Origin: an uncultured archaeon
Lineage (GTDB): Archaea; Hadarchaeota; Hadarchaeia; Hadarchaeales; WYZ-LMO6
Reading direction: 5' to 3'
Length of the DNA: 14,666 nt
NCBI GenBank assembly: GCA_938074535.1
Contig: CALJER010000044.1
Location: 1-14,666 of the forward strand
Shown here: one piece after another, positions 1-7,089 of the stretch
Position numbering within the stretch: the first letter of the stretch is position 1
Layout of the letters: every line of letters starts with the position of its first letter
Notes under the pieces: generated by a model
Database searches by the model: none
Told to the model about the DNA's origin: nothing
The model's input: only the letters and a program-made list of their open reading frames with translations
Translations under genes and position numbers: made by a program

Positions 1-706
1 GAGGCTCACGGGGGTGCCCGTGCCCCCCAACAAGGCCATCGTGGGGGACAACGCCTTTTCCCACGAGTCGGGAATCCACACCCACGGGGTGCTCAGGTTC
101 CCGGGCACCTACGAGCCCCTCTCCCCCGAGCTGGTGGGGCACCGCCGCAGGCTGGTGCTGGGAAAGCACGCGGGAAGCAAATCGGTGGAAAAGGAGCTGA
201 GGGAGATGGGCCTGAGGCCCACCAAGGAGCAGCTGAAGGAAATCACCAGGCAGCTGAAGTCCCTGGCCGACAAGGGAAAGAGGATCACGGAGGCCGACAT
301 CCGGGCCATAGCGGAGCATGTGGTGGGCAGGTTGCCGGCGGAAAAAAGGCTGGTGGAAATAAAGGAAATCATCGTGAACACGGGAAACACCATCACGCCC
401 ACCGCCTCCGTCAGGCTGCTGGTCAGGGGGGAGGAGAGAGTGGGCTCGAGCATCGGGGTGGGACCCGTGGACGCCGCCATCAAAGCCATCCGCAATTCCC
501 TTTCCGAAGTTCAGGAATTGAAGCTGAAGGAGTACCACCTGGACGCCATCACGGGGGGGAGCGATGCCCTGGCGGAGGTGACCGTCAAACTCGAGGACGA
601 AAAGGGAAACCTCTACATCTCCAAGGGGGTCAAGGACGACGTGGTGCTGGCCAGCGTGGAGGCCATGATCAACGGCATCAACAAGTACTTCCTCAAAAGG
701 GGATAA
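1..706 (+). CDS. 2-isopropylmalate synthase / (R)-citramalate synthase (LeuA/CimA family), C-terminal part; gene starts upstream of the window
   Basis: Frame is open from position 2 (RLTGVPVPPNKAIVGDNAFSHESGIH). Motifs NKAIVGxNAFxHESGIH and LGKHAG, plus regulatory-domain motifs GVGPVDA and AITGGSDALAEV. Stop TAA 704-706. LeuA vs CimA cannot be resolved from this fragment. Confidence 0.9.
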   Translation, partial: RLTGVPVPPNKAIVGDNAFSHESGIHTHGVLRFPGTYEPLSPELVGHRRRLVLGKHAGSKSVEKELREMGLRPTKEQLKEITRQLKSLADKGKRITEADIRAIAEHVVGRLPAEKRLVEIKEIIVNTGNTITPTASVRLLVRGEERVGSSIGVGPVDAAIKAIRNSLSEVQELKLKEYHLDAITGGSDALAEVTVKLEDEKGNLYISKGVKDDVVLASVEAMINGINKYFLKRG

Positions 707-707
707 A

Positions 708-1292
708 CTAGAGGGGCCTGCCGGACCCGGGCAGTTCCTTGCCCGTGTGGTCGAAGAAAATGGCGCAGAAGGCAGCCCACATGGCCAGGATGCCGCAGAC
801 CAGGCCGAAGTACCCCGCCAGACGCAGCAGGATCTCTGCCCCCTGCAGGGCGTGGGCCGCCAGCAGGAAGAAGGTGAGCCAGAGGGTCCCGAAGACCCAG
901 ACCAGGTTCCAGCTGTGCTTGAAGGTCAGGATCCACATGAAGAAGGTGAAGACCCCCCAGATGATCATGAAGGAGGCCACGGCCCTGGCGGAAGCCGCGG
1001 GCGCCAGCCCCACCGGCTCGGAGGCGAAGATCCAGTAGAAGGCCAGGGATTCCCAGAAGCAGCCGTAGGCCGAGAAGGCGGTGGCCGCAAACATGTCGCC
1101 CCTCTTGAACGCAACCCCTCCTGCGATCAGCTGCACAATTCCGCCGAAAAAGATGGCCATCGTCATCACGAAGCTCTTCTCAAGGGTGAAGTCCACCACG
1201 TTCAGGTTCGTCAGGCTGAGGAGGACCGTGGTCATACCGAACGCCATCAGCCCCAGCGTGGCGGGGTTGGCTGGCTGGTCCTGCGGTGGCAT
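708..1292 (-). CDS. Acetate uptake transporter, GPR1/FUN34/YaaH (SatP/AceTr) family
   Basis: N-terminal ANPATLGLMAF (family motif ANPAPLGL), FFGGIVQLIAG, ATAFSAYGCFW, and about 6 hydrophobic helices. Start is ATG 1292 or TTG 1295. Confidence 0.9.
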   Translation of the reverse strand: MPPQDQPANPATLGLMAFGMTTVLLSLTNLNVVDFTLEKSFVMTMAIFFGGIVQLIAGGVAFKRGDMFAATAFSAYGCFWESLAFYWIFASEPVGLAPAASARAVASFMIIWGVFTFFMWILTFKHSWNLVWVFGTLWLTFFLLAAHALQGAEILLRLAGYFGLVCGILAMWAAFCAIFFDHTGKELPGSGRPL

Positions 1293-1313
1293 CAAGCTGT
1301 TTTAAAATCCGCC

Positions 1314-1328
1314 CATAAAAAGATTCCC
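1314..1328 (-). promoter_or_regulatory. Putative BRE/TATA promoter of the acetate transporter gene (probably a leaderless mRNA)
   Basis: Minus strand reads GGGAATC-TTTTTATG, about 22 nt upstream of ATG 1292. No Shine-Dalgarno precedes the start. Confidence 0.55.
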
Positions 1329-1335
1329 GCAACCC

Positions 1336-1353
1336 GGAAAAAAGAGGGGAAGG
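1336..1353 (-). terminator. Putative oligo-T terminator of hsp20
   Basis: Minus strand CCTTCCCCTCTTTTTTCC immediately after the hsp20 TAG stop. Confidence 0.45.
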
Positions 1354-1983
1354 CTACTTTTTTTCTTCGGGGCGCGGCTCCTTCTTCTCCTTGATCTCGA
1401 TCCTCTCCTTTGGCTCCGGTTTCTCCAGCCTTCTGAAGATTACCTCCAGCACGCCGTTCTCAAAGGTGGCGTCGGCCGATTTCGGGTCCACCCTGTAGGG
1501 AAGCTCCACTTCCTTGTGGTACTTCCACTCCCCCCTCTCGGCGGAAATCACCAGTCTGTCCTCCTCCACCCTGAGGTCTATGTCCGACCTGCTCACCCCG
1601 GGAAGCTCCGCCACCACGCGCACGTGCTTGGGCCCCGGAATGCACTCCACCAGCGGCTCCCTTTTCATTTCCAGGGCGGGGGCGCCCTCCGGGGGCATCA
1701 GGTTGCCGAAAACCCTAACCGAGGGTTTTCCGTCGGGTCCCACCGTTATCGAATACCCTCTCACCACCGGGCCGTAGGTCCTGACGGTGCTCCCGTCGGG
1801 CAACTTGTACTCCCGCAGAAGTTCCTTGGGGGGCTCCCTGGAAAACTGGGCCAGAAACCGCTCCAGCTCCCTGTCCATCTCCCTGAACTCTCTGAAGAAC
1901 CTCTCGAACTCCCTATCCATGTCCCTGAAAAAATCCCTGGGCCAGTTCCTCCTCCTGAACCAGTTTTCCCAGAAATCCCACAT
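1354..1983 (-). CDS. hsp20: Archaeal small heat shock protein (Hsp20/alpha-crystallin family)
   Basis: F/W/R-rich N-terminus, archaeal motif YGPVVRGYSITVGPDGKP, alpha-crystallin core (VVAELPGV...ATFENGVLEV) and C-terminal IxI motif (RIEIK). Confidence 0.93.
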   Translation of the reverse strand: MWDFWENWFRRRNWPRDFFRDMDREFERFFREFREMDRELERFLAQFSREPPKELLREYKLPDGSTVRTYGPVVRGYSITVGPDGKPSVRVFGNLMPPEGAPALEMKREPLVECIPGPKHVRVVAELPGVSRSDIDLRVEEDRLVISAERGEWKYHKEVELPYRVDPKSADATFENGVLEVIFRRLEKPEPKERIEIKEKKEPRPEEKK

Positions 1984-1995
1984 CTTCCCACCGTT

Positions 1996-2030
1996 GTCCT
2001 CTCTGAGGACCGGAATAAAAAAATTCCGGT
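1996..2030 (-). promoter_or_regulatory. hsp20 promoter: TATA-like T-tract within a perfect inverted repeat, plus a second overlapping palindrome
   Basis: ACCGGAAT-A6-ATTCCGGT at 2009-2030; the minus-strand TTTTTTTA at its centre lies about 35 nt upstream of ATG 1983. GTCCTC-TCT-GAGGAC at 1996-2010. Confidence 0.55.
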
Positions 2031-2042
2031 AACCCTTTATCC
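2029..2042 (+). promoter_or_regulatory. Putative BRE/TATA promoter of the C/D box sRNA
   Basis: GTAACC-CTTTATCC, with the TTTAT core at 2036-2040 about 21-25 nt upstream of the predicted sRNA 5' end at 2061. Confidence 0.45.
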
Positions 2043-2060
2043 GAGAAGTACCAAGAAAGA

Positions 2061-2127
2061 TTTGCCGATGATGTCACGGTAAGCCTGAGCCCGGCGATGA
2101 TTTGAATGATGGGCGGACTGAGGCAAA
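2061..2127 (+). ncRNA. Box C/D 2'-O-methylation guide sRNA; D guide predicted to target 16S rRNA C1402 (E. coli numbering)
   Basis: Terminal stem TTTGCC (2061-2066)/GGCAAA (2122-2127). Box C ATGATGT 2068-2074, D' CTGA 2085-2088, C' ATGATTT 2097-2103, D CTGA 2118-2121. D guide TGATGGGCGG is complementary to conserved 16S CCGCCCGUCA (one G-U pair). Confidence 0.85.
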
Positions 2128-2138
2128 AAAATAAGAAA
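2125..2138 (-). terminator. Putative oligo-T terminator of the glutamate-synthase-like gene
   Basis: Minus strand TTTCTTATTTTTTT, 14-27 nt after stop TGA 2152-2154. Confidence 0.5.
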
Positions 2139-2151
2139 CCTCCTGGGCGGG

Positions 2152-3759
2152 TCAACCCAGGATGGTTTCCATGAGTTCTTTCTCCGCCTCGTCCACCGTG
2201 GGTATGCCGGTGACCCTGGAGGCCCTCTCCGTGAGGGCCACTAGATCCCCCCTGTCTATCAGCTCCAGCTTCCACTTGCGCGTCCCCGCCATCAGCTGCC
2301 GCAGGCCCACCCCTATCCGCTCCACCTGGTAGGTGTACAGGCCCAGGGCTCCTGGCGGTATCCGCTGGAATCTCTCTCCGTACTTCTGCTTCAGCTCCGG
2401 GGCACTCACGAAGAACTTGGAGGGCTCCTTCCCGTACTGTTCGGAGAACTTGGCCGGAAGCTTGCCCTTCTCAGCCAGCTCCGCGAAGTAGGAGGCCTTC
2501 ATCACCGCCGTCAGGGGGGATCGGGCCATGGTTATAGCCTTCACCAGGGGTCCATCTCCAAAGTTGCTCATGGCAATGGCCTTGAAGACCTGGGTCTCGT
2601 TTATGAAGCCCCCCGCCATGCTGAGGTCGGGCACGTACCTTCCCTTCCTCTTCAGGATCTGGGCGCACTTCAGAACCTGTGCCTCCAGGTACACCGTGGG
2701 GGTGCTCATCTCGTTCATCATGGGCACGGGGCTCATCCCCGTACCCCCTCCCGCCCCGTCGAAGGTTATGTAATCCACCTTCGCCTCCGAGGCCACCTTC
2801 ATGGTCCAGGCCACGTCCGCAGGGCGGTAGGCACCCGTCTTCAGACTGACCTTCTTGGCCCCCTGTTCCCTGAGCCATTCCACGTCCTCCACGAACTCCC
2901 TTTCCGCGGGCATGCCCACCCTGCTGTGGCGCTCGAAAGTCCTGAAGTAGCCCTGCCTGAAGGCCTCCTGCACCGCCGGGTCCTCTGGATCGGGGACCAC
3001 CACATAGCCCCTTCTCTTGAGGGCCAGGGCCCTCTCCAGGCTGTCGAGCCTGACCTCCCCTCCGATGGCCTTGGCGCCCTGCCCCCACTTCCTCTCTATC
3101 ACGTCCACCTCCAGCTTGGAGATGGCGTAAACATCCACCCCGAACCTCTGGTCCTCCACGTTGGTCTGGACGGCCACTCCCCCGTGTTTCCCGTCCCAGA
3201 ACTCCCTGAACTTCTTCACCCTGTACTCTAAATCGGGCGAGGAAACCACCTTCCCCCCCGTGAAGGTGGCCTCGGGGTCCATGCCGCACACGTTCTCCCC
3301 TATCACCAGGATGACCCCTGCAAGCGCCGAGCCCACCGCCAGACCGTCCCAGTTGTTCCTGGCCACCGCAGTGGAACCGAAGGCCCCGTTGACCAGGGGA
3401 ACGCGCAGGGGTATTCCCCCCAGCCTGGTGGAGATGTCCACGTTGGGGAAAACCGCCCTGTCTGGATCGGCCTCTATTCCTTCGGCACCCCTGAGGCTGG
3501 CCAGGATGTTGAAGTGGGACCAGTCGAGACCGTAGTCCTTGAGGGAAGCCGCCGTGCTCCTCCCGAAGTACTCCGGCATCGGGTAGAGGACCTCCCTCCC
3601 CCTGAAGGCGGAGAGGCCCACCTCACACAGCACAGGACACTCCCTGATACAGAGGGGACACATCCCGCTGGTGGGGCTCACGTCTCTGACCCTGGAAGCG
3701 GTACCCGTGGTGGACTGCGCGTTCAGATATGCCGAGTTCCTCTGCACCCTTTCGGTCAT
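2152..3759 (-). CDS. FMN-binding glutamate synthase family protein (stand-alone GltB FMN domain-like)
   Basis: Motifs ERKWGQGAKAIGG, SLKTGAY, TFDGAGGGTGMSP and MAGGF, plus N-terminal CPLCIRECPVLC. ATG 3759 is preceded by GGAGGGAGG and is preferred over GTG 3777. Confidence 0.85.
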   Translation of the reverse strand: MTERVQRNSAYLNAQSTTGTASRVRDVSPTSGMCPLCIRECPVLCEVGLSAFRGREVLYPMPEYFGRSTAASLKDYGLDWSHFNILASLRGAEGIEADPDRAVFPNVDISTRLGGIPLRVPLVNGAFGSTAVARNNWDGLAVGSALAGVILVIGENVCGMDPEATFTGGKVVSSPDLEYRVKKFREFWDGKHGGVAVQTNVEDQRFGVDVYAISKLEVDVIERKWGQGAKAIGGEVRLDSLERALALKRRGYVVVPDPEDPAVQEAFRQGYFRTFERHSRVGMPAEREFVEDVEWLREQGAKKVSLKTGAYRPADVAWTMKVASEAKVDYITFDGAGGGTGMSPVPMMNEMSTPTVYLEAQVLKCAQILKRKGRYVPDLSMAGGFINETQVFKAIAMSNFGDGPLVKAITMARSPLTAVMKASYFAELAEKGKLPAKFSEQYGKEPSKFFVSAPELKQKYGERFQRIPPGALGLYTYQVERIGVGLRQLMAGTRKWKLELIDRGDLVALTERASRVTGIPTVDEAEKELMETILG

Positions 3760-3782
3760 CCTCCCTCCTTCCCGCACTCTCC

Positions 3783-3790
3783 TTTTAAAA
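3783..3790 (-). promoter_or_regulatory. Candidate TATA box (TTTTAAAA) in the divergent gltB-like/nadE intergenic region
   Basis: Palindromic TTTTAAAA in an AT-rich patch, about 24 nt upstream of ATG 3759. Confidence 0.4.
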
Positions 3791-3864
3791 TTAGTTGAGA
3801 AAACTTCCTACTCCCTGCTCTCCGATAAAGCTAAAAGAAACGCGGACCCCGCTCGAATGAAGAT

Positions 3865-4659
3865 ATGAAGGACTTCCCCGCCTCCCGCCCTTCCCTCAGG
3901 GACCCCTCGAGAACCTGTGAAGAGATCCTCTCCTTCATAAGGGAAAGGGTGGGAGAGGCCAAGGCGAAGGGGGTGGTGCTGGGGCTCAGCGGGGGCCTGG
4001 ATTCCTCCACCGCCGCCTACCTCTGCGCGAAGGCCCTGGGGCGCCGCAGGGTCCTGGGCCTCCTCATGCCCGACGAAGCCACCTCTCCCCAGGACCTCGA
4101 AGACGCCAGGCTCGTCGCCGGGAAGCTGAAGATCCCCCACAGGTTCTTCGACCTCACCCCCCTCTGCGAGCATATCTTCCCGCTTTTCAGGGGAAACCGC
4201 AACAGCAGGGGGAACGTGAAGGCCCGCCTGCGCATGGTCCTGCTCTACTACGCCGCCAACTCCAGGGACCTGCTGGTGGTGGGCACGAGCGACAGGAGCG
4301 AGATCCTCATGGGTTACTTCACCAAGTACGGAGACGGAGGGGCCGACCTGCTCCCCCTGGGGGGGCTCTTCAAAACCCAGGTGAGGGAGCTGGCGAGGTA
4401 CCTGGGGGTTCCCGACCGCATCTTGAGCAAGCCCAGCACCCCAGGGTTCTGGCCGGGACAGACGGCGGAGGGCGAGCTGGGGGTGAGCTACGAACTCCTG
4501 GACTCCATCCTGCACCTGAGAGTCGATCTGGGCAAGGATCTCCCCTCCATCCAGAGGGAGCTGGGGGTGAGCAGGGGACTCGTCGAGCGCCTCCTGAGGA
4601 GGATGGAGGGAACGGAGCACAAGAGGAGGCCTCCCCCCTCCCCTACTCCTCCAGCCTGA
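3865..4659 (+). CDS. nadE: NH3-dependent NAD+ synthetase
   Basis: GLSGGLDSS PP-loop, GNVKARLRM, GYFTKYGDG, LFKTQV, GQTAEGELG and EHKR. No glutaminase domain. Confidence 0.95.
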   Translation: MKDFPASRPSLRDPSRTCEEILSFIRERVGEAKAKGVVLGLSGGLDSSTAAYLCAKALGRRRVLGLLMPDEATSPQDLEDARLVAGKLKIPHRFFDLTPLCEHIFPLFRGNRNSRGNVKARLRMVLLYYAANSRDLLVVGTSDRSEILMGYFTKYGDGGADLLPLGGLFKTQVRELARYLGVPDRILSKPSTPGFWPGQTAEGELGVSYELLDSILHLRVDLGKDLPSIQRELGVSRGLVERLLRRMEGTEHKRRPPPSPTPPA

Positions 4660-5173
4660 GCCTGAGCTTCGCCATGTCCTCCTTTATTTCCGCCCTGTGG
4701 CCCATGCCCTCCAGCGTGTCCAGCAGCAGCTCCTTCACGAACCTCTTGCTGGACGGAACGTTCAGAACCAGCGTGAACTCCTTCTCCGAAGCCCGGCTCA
4801 TCTTGAAGAAGTTGCAGGCCTCTATCCTCCTCAGGTACTCGACGGGGGAAAGGGAGGAAAGCTGCTCCGCGTGGGAGAGGGAAACCTCCCTGCACTCCCT
4901 GTAGAACCTCTCCTTCTCCCCGCTCCTCTCCAAGTACTTGAAGAAGAGCAGCCAGTGATCCACGTCCAGGATCACGTGCTCACCCCCCTGGAGGAGATCC
5001 AGCCAGATCTTGACCTTCTCCGGATCCCTCAGCAGCCTCCCGTAAGCGGAGAAAAACTTCAGGGCGAATCTTATCAGGGCACTGTAGGTCATCCCGCTCT
5101 CCTGACTCAACCTCCTCAGGATCTCCTCCGCCTCCCTGTCCAGGGACACGCTGAGACGTATGGGTGCGGGCAG
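4643..5173 (-). CDS. Ribbon-helix-helix (CopG-like) transcriptional regulator with uncharacterised C-terminal domain; probable CTG start at 5173
   Basis: Upstream extension gives (M)PAPIRLSVSLDREAEEILRRLSQESGMTYSALIRFALKFF, matching the RHH strand-helix-helix pattern. The ORF-track GTG 5149 would cut the beta-strand. In-frame TAA at 5183-5185 bounds the ORF. Confidence 0.7.
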   Translation of the reverse strand: MPAPIRLSVSLDREAEEILRRLSQESGMTYSALIRFALKFFSAYGRLLRDPEKVKIWLDLLQGGEHVILDVDHWLLFFKYLERSGEKERFYRECREVSLSHAEQLSSLSPVEYLRRIEACNFFKMSRASEKEFTLVLNVPSSKRFVKELLLDTLEGMGHRAEIKEDMAKLRLRLEE

Positions 5174-5177
5174 GAAC

Positions 5178-5942
5178 TCACCTTATGTACCAGGGTTCTT
5201 CTCTCTCTTCCGCGCCCTCCGCGAGCTCCCTGCGCTCGAATTCCTTCCTCAGCTTGCTCACCATCCTCTCCACCTCTCTGGCCCTCTCCTCCAGCACGCT
5301 CGTGTCTATCTTTATCCCCAGCATTTCCTCCAGCGCCTCCAGCACTGACTGGGTGGAGCGGTGGTCCACGAAGGCCCCGTGGGTCTCTCCCAGCAGGCAG
5401 GTGCCCTTGATCCCCCTCGTCCTCCCCAGACCGAGCAGGAGCCCCGTGGCGCCCACCAGGATGGGGCCGAAGTCCTTCTCCCCCGGAATCAGGTATCCTT
5501 TGCCCTCCTTCAGCAGCTCCCTGTCGGTGGCTATGGCCACCACCTTGGGCTTGCCCTCCGTCTGCCTTCCGGTGGGGTATCCCCCCAGCGCGAAGATCCT
5601 CCTAACCTCAAGCTTCTCCGCCACCTCCAGAATTTTTTCCACCATTTCGTACTGTCCTTCGGGCGAGGTCACCTGCCCCTCCCCAGAAACGATGATCAGG
5701 TCCTTGCCGTTGACCCTCGCCCAGAAGAAGGAAGCCCTGGGCAGCCTGACCGATCCGTCCCTCTCCACGAGAACATGATGAAGGAAGTGCGGGGAGTAGA
5801 GGTCGGCGAACCTCTCGGCCTTCATCTCCTTCACCAGATGTTCAGACGCCAGCTTCCCCACGTGGCCCGCTCCCCCCAGCCCCTCTATCAGCACGGGGTT
5901 CTTAACCCTGGGGACCTTCAGAAACCTTACCTCCGTCTCCAT
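5178..5942 (-). CDS. PAC2 family proteasome assembly chaperone-like protein (COG2047-type)
   Basis: PVLIEGLGGAGHVGKLA, IFALGGY, ILVGATGLLLG and CLLGETHG. Conserved position after nop10. ATG 5942 is preceded by GAGGTGGAGGG. Confidence 0.88.
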   Translation of the reverse strand: METEVRFLKVPRVKNPVLIEGLGGAGHVGKLASEHLVKEMKAERFADLYSPHFLHHVLVERDGSVRLPRASFFWARVNGKDLIIVSGEGQVTSPEGQYEMVEKILEVAEKLEVRRIFALGGYPTGRQTEGKPKVVAIATDRELLKEGKGYLIPGEKDFGPILVGATGLLLGLGRTRGIKGTCLLGETHGAFVDHRSTQSVLEALEEMLGIKIDTSVLEERAREVERMVSKLRKEFERRELAEGAEEREEPWYIR

Positions 5943-6099
5943 TTCCCTCCACCTCTTTCTTGAGCTTCCTCCTGTATTTACCATATGGGTCCAGGGGGGA
6001 GAACCTGGGGGGATGGGGGGAAGAGGTCTCCCTTCCGCAGGAGGGGCATTTCTCCCTCAGGGTATAGGTCCCGCAACCCTTGCACCTCCTGAGCCTCAC
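5902..6099 (-). CDS. nop10: H/ACA RNP protein Nop10
   Basis: CxxCGxYTL...CPxCG zinc ribbon and PHPPRFSPLDPYGKYRR; lies downstream of aIF2-alpha. Confidence 0.95.
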   Translation of the reverse strand: MRLRRCKGCGTYTLREKCPSCGRETSSPHPPRFSPLDPYGKYRRKLKKEVEGNGDGGKVSEGPQG

Positions 6100-6109
6100 A
6101 GACTTTCTC

Positions 6110-6916
6110 TCAGCGACCCCCTCCCTTGGCCGCGTGGAACTCCCCCTTTCCTCCCTGCGCTTTGAGCGAATTTATAGCCAGCTCAGCCACCCTCCTCATG
6201 GCCGACTCCGCCTCCTTGTAGGAAGAGGCCGAAACCTCCACCCTGTACCTGGGCGAACCCACGTAGTATATCTCCACCCTCACGCCGTCGCTCGACACCT
6301 CTTCCTTGGCCTTCACCATGGCCTCCCTGATCCTCTCCACCCCGTCAGGAGCCGTAGAGTGCAGCTCCAGATACCCCACCACCTTGAAGAAGGGGAGCTC
6401 CACCAGGGAGGAGGAGACCTTCACCAGGGCGTTCACCCATTTCTTGGTCAGCCCCAGCCCCTCCAGCACCTTCCCCCCCTCCTTCGCCACCCGCTCCAGG
6501 CCCGTGTACATGTCACCGAACTTCTCCTGCAGCTTGAAGCCCGCCTCCTCGTAGGCCTCATCCAGGGACTTCCGGAGCTTCCTGGCCGCAAGCTCCAGCA
6601 GCTTCTCCGCCCTCTCTTCCCTCCTCCACTGCTCCCTCTTCCAGACCTTCTCGCTCTCCCTGACCCTCCTCATGGAGAGGTCCACGTGACCCCTCCTCTC
6701 GTCCACCGCCAGAACCCTGCACACCACCGTCTGTCCTTCCCTGATGTGCTCCCTGATGTTCTTGATCCACCCGGAGGCCACCTCGGAAAGGTGGACCAGC
6801 CCCACCTTACCCCCGTACTCCTCCAGCCTCACGAAGGCGCCCTCGGGAAAAACCTCGGAGATGGTGCCTATCACCAGCTCCTCGGGCGAGGGGAACTCAT
6901 TCCTTCTCCTCACCAA
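6110..6916 (-). CDS. eif2a: Translation initiation factor 2 subunit alpha (aIF2-alpha)
   Basis: S1 domain ([11 protein letters not shown]...[19 protein letters not shown]...[10 protein letters not shown]) and C-terminal [12 protein letters not shown] 6916 follows GGAGGTGA and is preferred over GTG 6964. Confidence 0.95.
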   Translation of the reverse strand: MVRRRNEFPSPEELVIGTISEVFPEGAFVRLEEYGGKVGLVHLSEVASGWIKNIREHIREGQTVVCRVLAVDERRGHVDLSMRRVRESEKVWKREQWRREERAEKLLELAARKLRKSLDEAYEEAGFKLQEKFGDMYTGLERVAKEGGKVLEGLGLTKKWVNALVKVSSSLVELPFFKVVGYLELHSTAPDGVERIREAMVKAKEEVSSDGVRVEIYYVGSPRYRVEVSASSYKEAESAMRRVAELAINSLKAQGGKGEFHAAKGGGR

Positions 6917-7085
6917 CCCTCTCACCTCCCCCTTTCCTCGCCCCCAGAAGCCTCGCCTTCCCACCGGTGGGCACCACCAGCGTTTTTCCGCAAACCGCGC
7001 ACCTGACGCGCACGGTGGAGTGGCTGTAAACCCTCTGCTCGTTCCCGCAGCCCTCGCACACCACTTCCAGAAACTCGCCCGTCAG
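6897..7085 (-). CDS. rps27e: 30S ribosomal protein S27e (absent from the ORF track; apparent CTG start)
   Basis: Manual translation: (M)[61 protein letters not shown], 62 aa. Contains CxxC...CxxC and PTGGKA. Expected position between rpl44e and aIF2-alpha. Confidence 0.93.
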   Translation of the reverse strand: MTGEFLEVVCEGCGNEQRVYSHSTVRVRCAVCGKTLVVPTGGKARLLGARKGGGERVGEEKE

Positions 7086-7089
7086 GTCC

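Noticed and set aside
704-710. Functional link between the LeuA/CimA synthase and the acetate transporter
   Set aside because: The genes are convergent with a 1-nt gap and separately promoted. Adjacency alone is not evidence.
1308-1316. TCCGCCCAT is the exact complement of the sRNA D guide (ATGGGCGGA)
   Set aside because: The transcribed (minus) strand here is identical to the guide, not complementary. The site lies upstream of the predicted TSS and is only 9 nt, so chance is likely.
2012-2027. GGAA...TTCC as an NrpR nitrogen operator
   Set aside because: Spacing is N8 rather than the N6 of GGAA-N6-TTCC, and it precedes hsp20 rather than a nitrogen gene. No N6 match was found upstream of the gltB-like gene.
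2107-2117. 23S rRNA A-loop region (UUCGCCCAUUA) as an alternative D-guide target
   Set aside because: It needs two G-U pairs and points to a position I do not know to be methylated. The 16S C1402 match is cleaner and has eukaryotic precedent. Not fully excluded without the host rRNA sequence.
6897-7085. rps27e as a pseudogene lacking a start codon
   Set aside because: All four zinc cysteines and PTGGKA are intact, and a correctly spaced SD precedes the CTG.
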